From the NCBI GenBank assembly GCA_965203295.1, contig CBDBCZ010000019.1, positions 1,952,001 through 2,016,000 on the forward strand: a stretch of DNA of 64,000 bases, read 5' to 3'. Below the pieces are notes generated by a model that searched no databases, was not told the origin of the DNA, and was given only the letters and a program-made list of their open reading frames with translations. Below are positions 20,724 to 33,116 of this stretch, in pieces. The position numbers were made by a program, and so were the translations under genes. The stretch comes from Nitrospirales bacterium. GTDB taxonomy: Bacteria > Nitrospirota > Nitrospiria > Nitrospirales > UBA8639. Position 1 is the stretch's first letter; each line of letters opens with the position of its first letter.

Positions 20724-21446
20724 TCACCACTCGGCGCCTAATCGGTCTATGATCACACGATGAACGATAGCATAAGGTCCCAACGAGGCAAGAAACACGG
20801 CTGTCTCTACCACATCAAATGGATTAATCTTTTGACTATGCACGATTTCTTCTGGAGTAGCATCGACTAACTCATTAGCCACTCCACCGGGACAAATGGC
20901 ACAGACTTTAATGTGGTATGCTCGACCTTCATCCGCTAAGGCCTTGGTCAATCCCATCATGCCATGTTTTGACGCACTATAGGCACTCACCCCTGCCCAG
21001 GCGTCAACTCCAGTCACGCTCGACATGTTGATAATGGTCCCTCCTTCCACTTGTTCTTTCATCTTTTGAAACCCAGCACGACAACACAGGAACGTTCCTC
21101 GCAGATTGGTTTGGAGCACTCGATCAAATTCCTCCAGACGTGTGTGTTCAAGACGTCTTCTTTGGAAAATGCCTGCATTATTGACTAAGATGTCCAACCG
21201 ACCGTACGTCTGAATTGTGCTGGCGATAAGTTGTTCTACCTGCGCTTCAGAGGTAACGTCCGCTTTGTGCACCAGTGCCTCCCCGCCCATTTAACGAATA
21301 TGATCGGCCACTTCCTGGCAAAGCTCTTCACGTCTTGCCGCCACCACCACCCGGGCTCACTCTTCTGCAAATTTCAACGCAACAGCTTTTCCAATTCCAC
21401 TGTTCCCACCTGTCACAATGGCAACCTTATCAGTTAAACGAGCCAA
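20724..21446 (-). pseudogene. SDR oxidoreductase with two in-frame stops
   Basis: MARLTDKVAIVTGGNSGIG..AEE*ARV..HIR*MGGE; NNAG and YSASK motifs. Confidence 0.9.
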
Positions 21447-21580
21447 AACGCCTCTCCCTTCTTTTTCAAGACCAGCTTGATTGCATATCAATCTTCCACG
21501 GCAACCCTGTAGACTGCATGAGGAGAACAACACCCCATAGTCTTCACCCCTTTCACATTGCTGATGGCTTCAACAAACGG

Positions 21581-22600
21581 CTAGGTGCGCCAATATAAAG
21601 TTTGCGCTTTGATGGGATTTTGAAAAGGGCGGTGTTCGGCTTGGGCAGACGCAAATTCTTTCTTCAATTGATAATACCATTTCGCCTGCGTATCCGGATC
21701 GTTCACGAACATTTGAGGCGGATCATGGACAAGTCCTTTGCTCAGCTTGACCATCGCTTGACGATCTTGGTTGAGAAACCGATGCCCTAATCCTCTTAAG
21801 ATAGGGCGAAACACGTTTAACCACGGCATGGTCCAAAACATTTGATGATTCACCAGCGTTTCGGTCTTAGAAACGGGCGTCACCACGGTCATCCCAACGA
21901 AAAGGTTTTTTCCTACGCGAATGTATTCATGGCGGATACCTGGCAGCTGGAAGGTAATCTCAGTATGAGGTTCTCCACCCAACAGCCGGTAGACACGTGA
22001 GTTACTCGAAGCGACGTGGCTAGCCATCGTAAATCCCAGTTCAGAAGGGACAAACTCTTTGGCTTTGTTTCGTATGTCGTCTGGTGTCCGCCATAACCGC
22101 GATTGGTGGATAAAAGGTCCATGGGCTGGATCGAGAAGACCAAGCGCTGCGTAATCGACGTGACAGGGGAAAGTCATGGTAATTCCGATCTGCGTATGGT
22201 GTTCTCCAATATCAAGAATTCGTGGAATCGCTGGCTGCGTCCCATTCCCTTCTCCCATAAAAATCCAAATATTCCCCTGCGCTTCTTCACAGAGATACCG
22301 CCTAACCTTGATTTTTCCAGGCTCAATAGCCTGATCATCTACCAAGCACGGCACAGCCATACACCGTCCTTGTGAATCGAATCGCCACCCGTGATAAGCG
22401 CATTCGACTTCTTCCCCATTGAAACGACCTTCCGATAGCGGCATGCCTCGATGCGGACAAAGATCGCGCAAGGCAAATGATTTTCCGCCTTCGGTTCGCC
22501 CAATCAAGATCGGCTCCTCTAACAATGTCATGGCCACCATGTGACCAGGCCTCACCTGTCTGCTGGGGATCGCCAAATACCACAGATCTTTCAAGAACAT
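21581..22600 (-). CDS. Rieske non-heme iron oxygenase alpha subunit (VanA-like)
   Basis: Rieske motifs CPHR and CAYHGW; mononuclear Fe motif LDPAHGPFIH. Confidence 0.9.
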   Translation of the reverse strand: MFLKDLWYLAIPSRQVRPGHMVAMTLLEEPILIGRTEGGKSFALRDLCPHRGMPLSEGRFNGEEVECAYHGWRFDSQGRCMAVPCLVDDQAIEPGKIKVRRYLCEEAQGNIWIFMGEGNGTQPAIPRILDIGEHHTQIGITMTFPCHVDYAALGLLDPAHGPFIHQSRLWRTPDDIRNKAKEFVPSELGFTMASHVASSNSRVYRLLGGEPHTEITFQLPGIRHEYIRVGKNLFVGMTVVTPVSKTETLVNHQMFWTMPWLNVFRPILRGLGHRFLNQDRQAMVKLSKGLVHDPPQMFVNDPDTQAKWYYQLKKEFASAQAEHRPFQNPIKAQTLYWRT

Positions 22601-22748
22601 TGTGCTACTCAGTCTTTAAAAAAATTCGGAATTACCACCGAACCTTAAGGTCAACCTGTACGGACGATCAAGTGGAACCTCTTGATCGACGCTTCCGCCT
22701 TCCAGGCTGGAAGTCTTCGCTCAATTAAACTAATAATATTTACGTCGG

Positions 22749-23120
22749 TCAACATCGCTTCTTTCTCTCACGTCCGCTATGGATAAACTTCGAAAGTTTT
22801 TGAACGATGGGTCTTGGAATTCCATGACCACCCCGAAAACCATGCCACTCCACCTCCAGACCAGGCATGACCAGGAACTCGCGAAGTTGTTTCGCTAACG
22901 CAACAGGCAAGACTGGATCGGACGTCCCGTGGCTCTGAAACACACGAAGCCCTCTGCGTGTGTGGAGCAAGGGATTCCAGACCTCTCTGGCAATCAGCAT
23001 TCCAGAAAGGAGAACTAGGCTCACAAACGGAATCTTTGTGTGCAAAGCAATATCACAAGCAAGGATGGCTCCTTGGGAGAATCCACCGAGCACAAGGTAC
23101 CCCTTGGTTACAAAGGCCAA
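22749..23120 (-). pseudogene. phospholipase/carboxylesterase C-terminal fragment
   Basis: GGFSQGA, QSHGTSDPVL, GGHGIP; N-terminal half missing. Confidence 0.75.
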
Positions 23121-23159
23121 AAGCTCTTGCGTAGGCTAACAAACCTTTTCAATAAACGG

Positions 23160-23990
23160 CTAGGTCGAAACTGTTCCCTGATTGCTATCAAGAAGCCGCA
23201 TCACACCTTTTGCCCATCCCAGAGGACCGATTCCCTCCAGAAGCGTCAGCCCCTTAAAGGCAATCCCTTCTTGGTACCCACCTCCTCGTTGTTCGACCAA
23301 AAACGGATAATCGACTCGTTCCAGCATGGGCAAGTCATTCAAACTATCTCCAAAGGCGGCCGTCGTGATTTCTCCCCAATGAGTTTTGTAGAGGTCGATC
23401 AGAATCCGACAGGCCTGGCCTTTGTGCGTACCTCCCACCAAATGACCAAACCGACCTGCCACCACAATGATGAGGCCCAATTGCGCCGCCTCATGACGAA
23501 GCTCAAATACTTTAGAGGGATCATTCAACATAAAGGGTTCATCGTATTCTCGCTCCTGCGCTCGAGAAGCTTGAATGGGAGATAACCCTGTCGCTGTGAC
23601 AATATCATCAGTCGTCATATCACCAAAACCGACGAGACGAATTCCGACCTTTTCTTCCATTCGACGGAGTCCTTCTCGCAAACGTTGATACGGCACACCA
23701 AATTCTAAAACATGATATCCGTCGCGCTGAACAGCATTGGGTGGTTCCTCTGGAAAGTAATTTGTCGGGATGTAGACGGCCCCTCCATTTTCCACGATAA
23801 ACGGGAAGGTATTCTCTAATTCCTGTCGAAGGGGCTCGACTTCTGCCCTTGTTTTACTCGTGCAAAGGACCAACGGAATTTTTCTAGCAGCAATCTCTGC
23901 GAGTGCCTCACTGGCCGCATCATACTGGTAGGTTTCCCCATCCAGAAGTGACCCATCTAAATCTGTAAAAGTAATCAGTTGGCTCATCAC
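23160..23990 (-). CDS. mpgP: mannosyl/glucosyl-3-phosphoglycerate phosphatase (HAD-IIB)
   Basis: FTDLDGSLL, TSKTRAE, VENGG, REYDEPF, GDSLNDLPML. Confidence 0.88.
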   Translation of the reverse strand: MMSQLITFTDLDGSLLDGETYQYDAASEALAEIAARKIPLVLCTSKTRAEVEPLRQELENTFPFIVENGGAVYIPTNYFPEEPPNAVQRDGYHVLEFGVPYQRLREGLRRMEEKVGIRLVGFGDMTTDDIVTATGLSPIQASRAQEREYDEPFMLNDPSKVFELRHEAAQLGLIIVVAGRFGHLVGGTHKGQACRILIDLYKTHWGEITTAAFGDSLNDLPMLERVDYPFLVEQRGGGYQEGIAFKGLTLLEGIGPLGWAKGVMRLLDSNQGTVST

Positions 23991-26317
23991 AAGGAAGCTG
24001 GGATTACTGTTCTAGTCAAGCTATTATTCTGACCGCCTGTAGATACTCGGGTTCCCCGAAGACTTCGTTCTCGATGGAAAATTCTGGCCAATTCATAAAC
24101 TAGAGGGTCTTTTCTCCATTGATCAAATGTTTTTACGAACTTGCGTTGCCACACGGGGTACGACCCATGCGGTGCTCCAGGCACATTCGGGGTATCGATC
24201 TCACCTAACATATCTTCTAAAGAAATGGAGACGATCTGGCTGGATGTTCGTGCCAAATAGGCATAGATGCTCCGACACAATTCATCCGTGAGACGAAGCA
24301 CGTCTTCTTGGTGGAGAGAGCATCCCTGAGGGAGTAAACCCTCCCGTTTCAGTGCATACAGCAACGCCCTTCGATCCCGTTCTCGTGAAAACCAATCTTG
24401 CCTGGTCTTTTTCTTGGAAGGATAGAGCCTTAATTTCTCCTTGATTTCAATATCATGTCCTGCCCAAAAACCACGAAGGGTTGGCAAATCATGGGTGTTG
24501 GCCGATACAAGGGCCTGAGTGGGGAACGCCCGCGGTCGTTGAAACCCTCGCCCGGTTGGTTTCTCAAACATCAGAAGGCGATAGGATAAGAGTCCTGCGT
24601 CCAACAACCGCCTCCGGATCACTGGAGTCACCGTTCCGAGATCCTCACCTACAATCATCACACGAGATCGTTCGCTTTCAATCGCCAGGATGGCCAATAA
24701 CTCTTCATGTTTATACCGTACATAGGCCCCTTGTGTCGCTGGTTCACCCTTGGGAATTCAGAACAGTCGAAAAAGCCCCAAGGCATGGTCAAGACGAAGA
24801 AGTCCGCCATATTGCATATTTCTTCTCAGGGTTTCCCGAATAAATTGATATCCTGTCGCCCGGAGCTGTTGAGGATCAGGCGGTTGCACCCCGCAGTTTT
24901 GCCCTAATAAATTGAAATGATCGGGAGGAGCGCCAATAGTCACCTGTGAAGCCAGTTGGTTTTGAAAAACCCACGCATCCGCACCATCTGGGTGAATATC
25001 TACGGCTAGATCATGATATAACCCAATGGTCATTCCAGAACCGGTGGTGACCCGATCGAGGTTTTGCAGTTGAAGCTCGCACTGCCATTCCAAGTAGCGA
25101 AAAAAATCGATTCGATCGCGATGCTCAACTCCAAATTTCGCGACAACAACAGAGTTGGGGTTTTGATACTCTACGGGCCACTCACCCCATCCCTTCCCTC
25201 CGAAATGTTCTGACAACACCTGAAACAATGCGTATTGAAAAAGAACTTGACCACCTTGTTTCCGGCAAAATCGATCAAAGGCTTGTCCCCGACGTGTCCC
25301 CTGCTGAAGGTGCTTCTTGTAAAATGCGCGGTAGAGCTTTTCAAATACCGGCCATTTCATCGCATGCACTTCCTGGTAGTCCACTAGTTCTCCCTGACGA
25401 CTGGCATGGAGGCGAGCCTGAAAAGCCCGTCGACGATAGGCTCGGCGAATTGATGGAGTCGTACGAAATTCCAAAATACCTTCCACATCCAGATACATGG
25501 GGTTATGAAATAAGCGACTGGAGGGAGAATAGGGACTCAGAAGACCAGGAGGTAACGCATGAAGGGGGTTAATGCCGACCATATCGGCCCCTAGAGAACA
25601 ACCTGCCCACCTGGTCAGCCTTCGAAGGTCATGCAAATCCCCGATACCCCAATTCTTCATCGAGCAAAGACCGTAAAGCTGGACGATAAGGCCCCAAAAC
25701 TTTCGTGTTTGAGGGATCTGATAACAACTGGGAGGTGTGACAATGATGAGCGATCGTCCTTCGATAATCCTTTTATGAAAAGAGACTGTGACGGAGAGAG
25801 AATAGTATCCATACGTCAGACGAGTAGGAAAAGCAAGCTTCGTCTTCACGTACCGTTGGCCTTCAAATGTTCGACGGTGAAACAGTTTGATTGACGTTCC
25901 GCGACTCACTCCACATCGTCGATTTCCTGTTTTTGAAACAATCTCCCATTGTATGGTCAATTCCTCACGCCTGTGCATCCCTATCGGAATAGAGAGAACA
26001 TAATGGGTGGTTACTGCCGTTGTTGGCTTCACAACAATCACATCATCAATCAATTGAGTCCAGCCTCGAGTTTTGGCAGCCACTAAAGAACATCGGACTT
26101 CATCAGACGATTTCACAGGGATCTTCATGTTCTCCAAAATCAACCGTAGTGTTTTGTCTGGAACGACTCGCTTTTTTCTAAGGCCGTCCTGGTATTCCAC
26201 TTCAATACCATGAAGACCGGCTAGCTCGTGGAGAGCCGATCTCCGGCTCAACGATGAACGTTTGTGGGACGATCGTCGGGTCGTAGGCACGGAACCTGAA
26301 AGACGGCGTTTAGACAT
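23987..26317 (-). pseudogene. malQ: 4-alpha-glucanotransferase with TGG>TGA nonsense codon
   Basis: LRLDHALGLFRLF*IPKG continues in frame into VGEDLG, NTHDLPTL, NVPG; TGA at 24758-24760; eroded motif GQNCG where GQNWG is usual. Confidence 0.9.
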
Positions 26318-26368
26318 GTTCTATACAAATTCAGAAAAGAAGCCCATATCAACTCGCGAGGGAAAGAA

Positions 26369-26797
26369 TTAAAGCGGGGTTTGGGGCTGTTCTTGAAGCT
26401 GCTCTTGAGGCTCTTCTAATGGAATACGTTCTACAGGGTTCTCTGGTGTATTGTTTTGAAATTCTGGCTTCATCACGGCGGTTATGGAGGGATCCTGAAC
26501 AAATGGTTCATACTGTCTCAGGCCTAGAGTCACCATATCTCCTCGATCGACCAAGAGAGCAATCTCAGCGGTACGGTGCTTGAACGTTGCAAGAAGAGCT
26601 CCGCTCGCCGTGGAAACTGTGAGCAAAAGCCGATCATCCTCCCGTTGCTTTTGCACAACTTTTCCTTCAAGAGCAGAGACGTTGGGTTGTAAGGCTTTTG
26701 GCACATACTGGTCGACATACCGAGATGGCAGCAGGGGCAGCCCAAGACCAAGCCCCAAACCAACAACAAATAACGTGATCCCTACCAACAGTTTCAT
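26369..26797 (-). CDS. membrane-anchored hypothetical protein
   Basis: N-terminal hydrophobic helix, 142 aa. Confidence 0.7.
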   Translation of the reverse strand: MKLLVGITLFVVGLGLGLGLPLLPSRYVDQYVPKALQPNVSALEGKVVQKQREDDRLLLTVSTASGALLATFKHRTAEIALLVDRGDMVTLGLRQYEPFVQDPSITAVMKPEFQNNTPENPVERIPLEEPQEQLQEQPQTPL

Positions 26798-26834
26798 GAA
26801 TGTTTTTCAGCCCTCACACCCGCACAGGAAAAGG

Positions 26835-27062
26835 TTAACGCGCAAATTTATTGCGTCGATCAACAATATTTTCAACCTTTTCTTTGGCATCCTCGACGAA
26901 CTCACCAGCTCGCTCACTAACATCCTCCATCATCGTCCGCAAATGTCGTCGAGTGCGACTCCTCGATTGCGGGGCCAATAACAATCCCGCTCCAAGTCCA
27001 ACTACGAGTCCAAAAAAAAAGGCAATGCCAGCAACCATAAAACAACGCATTTCATCATCCAT
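26835..27062 (-). CDS. YtxH domain-containing protein
   Basis: GLVVGLGAGLLLAPQSRSRTRRHL. Confidence 0.85.
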   Translation of the reverse strand: MDDEMRCFMVAGIAFFFGLVVGLGAGLLLAPQSRSRTRRHLRTMMEDVSERAGEFVEDAKEKVENIVDRRNKFAR

Positions 27063-27154
27063 AGGGCCTCCTTAATAAAACCTTTGTATCATACCACAAG
27101 GGTGCCAGGTAAAACTCCTCATCTCAACATCACGGATCAAAGTCAAAACCTAGG

Positions 27155-28554
27155 TTACGATTGCATCAATTTATTATAGGCATCCAGGGCAGCGACTTTA
27201 TAGCACTCAGCCATAGTTGGATAGTTGAAAACCGTGTTCATAAAGTAATCCAGTCCACCACCCAGTCCTAATACGGCTTGACCAATGTGCACTAATTCTG
27301 TAGCCCCAGTTCCAATGATGTGAACTCCAAGCAAAGTATGATTGTCCCGATGGAACAATAATTTGAGCAACCCGCTATGATCCCCGACGATTTGCCCGCG
27401 CGCTATTTCACGGTACCTTGCCAATCCGATTTCGTATGGAATTTTTTGAGCGGTGAGTTCATGCTCAGGTTTACCAACCATCGATATTTCAGGAATCGCA
27501 TAAATCCCAATGGGAAAGTGTGACGGCATAGAATCGGTTACCACACCAAATGCATAACAGGCAACGAGTCTTCCTTGCTCAGATGAGGTCGCTGCCAGAC
27601 TGGGGTAACCAATTACATCCCCAGCGGCAAAAATATGAGGAGTGGCCGTTCGAAATTGCTCATCGACGTCCAAGCGTCCACGTTGATTAGCCGTTAAACC
27701 TGCCGATTCAAGACATAGGGCGCTGGTCGCTCCCAATCTTCCGGAAAACAACGCCACCTCAGATACCAGACGCTTACCTGATTCCAAATGAACTATGGCT
27801 CTTTTTGGCGGACCTTCCGCAACCTCCAATCGCTCCACCGCTTCCCCAAAACGAAACAAGACGTTGTGATTCCGTAAGAGATGAATCAATTCATCGACAA
27901 TTTCTCTATCCAAAAACTCCAGCGGGCGTTCCCGTTTATCCACCACAGTCACTTCAACACCCAAGGCCGCAAACATTGAAGCATATTCTACTCCGACCAA
28001 ATCTGCCCCAATGACCACCATGGCTTTGGGAATGTGCTCCATGCCGAGTACCTCATCACTGGTCATGACTATTTTTCCATCAGCTAACACTCCCAGCATA
28101 GGAGCCGGCACAGTCCCCACAGCAATCAAAATATATTCCGCAGTGAGTAGCGAATATCGGATCCAGAATCAACTTTGATCGTGTGCGCATCGTGAAACGT
28201 CGCTTTCCCTCGAAACACAGTCACATCATTCCGTCGCAATTGGGCTTCAACTACTCCTGTTTCAGCTTGGACAACGTTATTCACTCGTGACCACAGTTGA
28301 TCGCCAGTCGGGCGCCTATCGAGTTGGTAGCCTTGGCCAGCCACAAATCGATTCGCCAGGCCAGAAAGGTCCAGAACGGCTTCACGAAATGTCTTGCTGG
28401 GAATGGTTCCCGTCTCCAAACAGACCCCACCAACGATCCGGCATTTTTCAATGACTGCTGCACGTTTTTCCAGCTTCGCAGCCTGGACCGCAGCACGTTG
28501 ACCTGCCGGCCCACTTCCAATACACAATAAGTCGAAATCAAATATATCGCTCAT
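27155..28554 (-). pseudogene. sthA: soluble pyridine nucleotide transhydrogenase, frameshifted
   Basis: IGSGPAGQRAA, GGVCLETGTIPSK, FNYPTMAECYKVAA; frameshift near 28145; NAD motif eroded (IGADLVG). Confidence 0.9.
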
Positions 28555-28897
28555 GCCGTTTCGTTTTTTGCATATGATCGGCAGGGATACATTTTCTGAA
28601 CACTGAAACTGTCGTCCAGGAAATCGTCAGGAACACATATTTCATGCGTCAATATTACCTGCGGTTCTGGTTTTAGGGAAGACTTTTCCGAAGGAGAAGA
28701 AGGACGACTCCCAAACCATGTTCCATCACCCTGAGCCAGCGCCGAAAATTGTGCCTCGGGAAAGGTGAGAGTATCCTCAATACCTATGAAGATTCTCATC
28801 CTCATGCTGAACCATTGTCAACAGGAAGGAAGCAGGAGCAATACGAAAATGAACCTGCTAGAATTAGAAACCTGACCTTCAATCGAGAAGGACATGT

Positions 28898-29347
28898 ATG
28901 GATAAGAAGAAATTTATTGTTTTTGGTTTTCTCGTCTTGGGAGTCCTACTTTGGAGTATTTGGGAATTTATCGATTCCCAATCAACGTGTGATCCCCAAT
29001 CAGCAGAAATCCGTTTAAAAAACCTTTCAGATAAAGGCATTCAAAGCGTACAACATCCCCCTAGTCAGTCAAATTTGTTATGGATTCACGTCGGCCCTGC
29101 GTGGCATGCCCTTCCTCATGAAGAAAAAACCATGATTGATCGAGTCGTTCGATGTGCAGCGCAAACATTTGACGCCCAGAATCGTCCCACATGGCAAGCC
29201 GCTTATTATGACCAGACCACTCGCAAACTCGTGGCACTCACCAGTCGAAAATGGGGCTTTCGTATAAAAGATCGAGAGTCACATTTCGCGCAACAGTTTC
29301 CAATTCCGGAAGAACCACGACTTTTACAGGGAAAAATCCCAGATTAA
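28898..29347 (+). CDS. membrane-anchored hypothetical protein
   Basis: N-terminal TM helix; RBS AAGGA. Confidence 0.7.
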   Translation: MDKKKFIVFGFLVLGVLLWSIWEFIDSQSTCDPQSAEIRLKNLSDKGIQSVQHPPSQSNLLWIHVGPAWHALPHEEKTMIDRVVRCAAQTFDAQNRPTWQAAYYDQTTRKLVALTSRKWGFRIKDRESHFAQQFPIPEEPRLLQGKIPD

Positions 29348-29540
29348 ATGGAGGAGCTTGATCATGAACCCACGGTATGAGCCCAAAAACATTTGACGGT
29401 TCTTTTCGAATAGGGTATCTCCTCCCTCCGTGTTCTCTATGGGTTCCAAGCCAACCTTTCCCGTAAGACTTGAGTTCAACCTTTTACAAGCTTGGCACTC
29501 TTTTTTGCCCATCCCCACAACATGGTAAAATATCGCACCG

Positions 29541-30216
29541 ATGCGGTTTTTGATTGTTGAAGACGAGCCTAAGGTTGCCTCCTTCATTCGGCGTGCCTTG
29601 GAAGAAGAAAGTTATGCTGTCGACGTATGTTCTGACGGCTTGAAGGGCCTCGATCTGGCCTGCGAGGTCGACTATGACTTGGTCATTTTAGATCTGATGC
29701 TCCCTGGGTTGCCTGGTCTGGAAGTTCTCAAAAAACTTCGTGCAGCGAAGGTAAAAAACCCCCGTTCTCATTCTGACCGCACGTTCAGAAGTCGACCAAC
29801 GCGTCAAAGGGTTGGACATGGGTGCTGATGACTATCTGACCAAACCCTTTGCCATTGACGAACTCCTTGCAAGGGTACGAGCTCTCTTGAGTCGAGCGGT
29901 GGGGGAAACAACCGGTCTCCTTCAAGTTGATGACTTAGTCCTCAACCCTGTGACTCATGAAGTCACCCGTGGAGGAAAGCGCATTGACCTCACGTCAAAA
30001 GAGTACGCGCTGTTGGAATATCTGATGAGGAATGCTGGCCGAGTTTTGACTCGACCGATGATCACCGAACATGTCTGGGATCTCGATTTCGATACATTTA
30101 CTAACGTCATTGATGTCTATATCAGCTATCTCCGGAATAAAATTGATCGTGGTCGTGACCGGAATTTGATTCACACCATTCGAGGAAGCGGGTACATGGT
30201 GAAGGTTGAAGAATGA
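29541..30216 (+). pseudogene. OmpR-family response regulator, +1 frameshift
   Basis: LIVEDE, DLMLPG, GADDYLTKPF, VIDVYISYLRNK; extra A in gtaaaaaaccccc (about 29753-29758) breaks VKTPVLILTA. Confidence 0.9.
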
Positions 30217-31626
30217 CTCAGGCCTCTATACCGAGTCCGCCTCACAATTTGGTATGGAGTTGCCTTAGCTTTCCTGATGATTGTATTCGCTTTTGCGTTG
30301 TACGTCGTCATGTCTCGGGCCCTTGAAGACCAGATCGATCGCTCCTTGGAAGAAGCAGCCATTGCCGCCTCGCATTCATTAGAGGAACACCGATTTGGTC
30401 CTTTTCTTTTTCTTGAAGATTTGACACAAGCGTTTCCAGAGCTGGCGTTGCTCGATAAATTTTTTCAGATTTACGGTCCCGGTGGACAAATTACTCTGCA
30501 ATCCGCAAATATCATCACGCGAGACTTTCCTCTCAGTCAGACGGCGCTCCAAGCGGCACTTTCCGGTCAGGCCACATTTGAATCTGTCCGATTTCACGGG
30601 GAAGTCCCCATTCGACTACTTTCCTATCCTATTCGTCACGGCGAAGGTCTAGTGAATATTATTCGGGTGGGGACCTCACTTCGTTCTGCTGAAGAGATGC
30701 TTGATCGGTTGGTATTTGTCCTTCTCATCGCTTCCCCTCTTGCTGTTGCCGTATCCTTGTTAGGCGGATGGTTCTTAGCCGGTCGAGCTTTACGTCCTAT
30801 GGATGCCATCACTCTGACCGCTCAGCGTATCGCCGCAGGAGACCTCACTCAACGGATTCAAATCACATCAACGGATGAAATCGGTCGGTTAGCATCGACG
30901 TTTAATAACATGATCGCCCGTCTAGAAGCGTCTATCTGTCAAATCCGGCAATTTAGTGCTGATGCTTCGCATGAGCTTCGAACACCTCTCACGATCACCA
31001 AGGGAGAAACTGAACTCGCGTTGCGGAAACCACGGTCTTTCGAAGTGTATCGAGAGGTTTTAGAAAGTAATTTGGAGAAAATAGACCGGATGAGCCGCAT
31101 TGTCGATGAGCTTCTCTTTCTCTCACGAGCTGATTTAGGTGAAATCAAGGTGGATTCGGCACCAGTTCAACTTGATTCCCTTGTCCAAGAGATCCAACAA
31201 CAAGCTGCTGTTTTAGGACAAGAACGGCAAGTTGAAACCCTTTTGAGAACCATTCAATCCGCTCAGGTTTTGGGAGACGAATGGCGTCTTCGGGAACTTT
31301 TTTTAAATATCGTGGATAATGCCGTGAAATATTCCCGACAGATGGGGAAGGTCGAGATGAGTCTGGTCCGAGAGGGCCAAATGGCCAGAATCTCAGTCAC
31401 CGACCAAGGTATTGGCATTTCCCCAGAGGAGCAAACTCATATTTTTGATCGGTTTTACCGATCAGATGCTGCCCGCGCTCATGCGCAGAAAGGAACGGGC
31501 CTTGGACTGTCAATTTGCAAATGGATTGCCGAGGTGCATCACGGCAAAATTCAAGCAGAAAGCGTTTTAGGCAAAGGCTCTTGTTTCACCGTTCTTTTAC
31601 CTCTACTTCACTCTTCTCATTCCTAA
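30213..31626 (+). pseudogene. HAMP sensor histidine kinase (CusS-like), +1 frameshift near 5' end
   Basis: ATGA-coupled start at 30213; MTQASI(fs)RVRLTIWYG; ASHELRTPL, NAVKYS, GTGLGL; a downstream ATG at 30277 could give a truncated product. Confidence 0.75.
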
Positions 31627-31727
31627 GTTTCCTCCCTCTAGCTAACCGTTCCCCGTGTTTGCAGGATACACAATCAGTGCCCTAGAAGACACCCTTCCCT
31701 CTTACCCTTACCAAACATTAGAAAGTT

Positions 31728-31754
31728 TTAATCTGCCATTAATCCTCCTTTCAT
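31728..31754 (+). promoter_or_regulatory. OmpR/PhoB-type direct-repeat binding site
   Basis: TTAAT(31728)-TTAAT(31739)-TTCAT(31750) with exact 11-bp period upstream of the degP-like gene. Confidence 0.55.
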
Positions 31755-31823
31755 GTCCCCGTGTTATCAATGGAACATCGAAAATACCATACACGAACCT
31801 CACATTGATTGAAGGAGGAGACG

Positions 31824-33102
31824 ATGAGCGACTCATTTCATCATGACTCAACGAAACAATCTTGGCTCCGTGGATTCGGCAAGGGGAAAACTTTTGGCAT
31901 CACCGTGGGGCTACTCGCCATTGGACTATTATCAGGTTCTCTTCTTCTGAGTAGTCTCCAGCCTCCATTTAGAATCCTTTGCGGCTGTGGGCCAAAGTTC
32001 AATATCCATGTCTACGACCTCGACCAATAAGTCCGATCGTCACGGATTTGCTGAAATTGTGAAAAAGGTGAAACCCGCGGTCGTCAACATTACGGCAAGA
32101 ACACCATTGAACTCAGATCAATCTTCTCACTTTTTTGAGAAACCTGGTCTTCCTCAAAGACCTCGAGAACCATTTGGCAAGGGGATGGGCTCCGGCGTGA
32201 TCGTGATACCAGATGGATTTGTGGTGACGAATCACCACGTCGTGGAAGGAGCCAAAGATGTGACGGTCATACTCCTTGACAAAAGAAAGTTTAAGGGGCA
32301 AATAGTTGGGACGGATCCGCAATCTGATCTGGCCGTTGTCAAAATCAACGGTGAGAAACTCCCTTCCGTGCCTTGGGGTGATTCTTCAATACTCCAGGTC
32401 GGCGATTATGTCTTGGCCATTGGAAATCCCTTTGGACTGAACTCGACTGTGACTCAGGGCATTGTCAGCGCATTGGGCCTTGTGGGCATGGGCATCACAC
32501 AGTATGAGGATTTCATCCAAACCGACGCCGCGATTAATCCAGGGAACTCTGGAGGGGCTCTGGTTAATGTCGAAGGGAAACTCGTCGGTATCAACACCGC
32601 CATCATATCCCGTACCGATGGATATCAGAGTGTGGGATTTGCGATTCCCGCCAACATGGGAAAACCAATTTACGACAGCTTGGTCCAAGACGGCAAAGTG
32701 ACGAGGGGCTATTTGGGAGTGAGAATCCAAGAAGTCACGCCAGATTTGGCTCAATCACTTGGATTGCTAGAACCCAAGGGAGCCCTTGTGACGAACGTGA
32801 AAGACGGAAGTCCTGCAAAGAAAGCCGGTCTCACAAGAGGAGACACGATCGTGAAATTTCAGGGGCATTCAATCACCGACCCGCGTTCCCTCCAGAGCGT
32901 CGTGACCAGAACACCTGTAGGAACCTCCGTAACGATCACAGTCATTCGTGACAGCCATGAGCAAGAATTATCAACAGTCCTGACAGAACACCCAGATACC
33001 CTTCGACTTGCCCATGCAGAGCAAGGCTCCGAGGATATGAGCCGCCGAAGCCAACAGACCTTTTGCTATGTCACTAACGTGCCCTCCACCGAAACGCTAT
33101 GA
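31824..33102 (+). pseudogene. degP: DegP/DegQ (Do) serine protease, frameshifted and lacking PDZ2
   Basis: TNHHVV, DLAV, NPGNSGG; +1 near 31968 separates the N-terminal anchor; ends after one PDZ domain. Confidence 0.85.
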
Positions 33103-33116
33103 AGAGGAGGAATGCC

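Noticed and set aside
19136..24760. Stop-codon reassignment (TGA=Trp in malQ; TAG read-through in the GT, plsC, marR, yqaA)
   Set aside because: All three stop types occur in frame and replace different residues (Trp, Gly, others). Many intact genes end in TAG or TGA, and TGG is used normally.
28551..28805. 84-aa ORF overlapping the sthA start
   Set aside because: No motif or clear RBS; may be a remnant, but cannot be supported.
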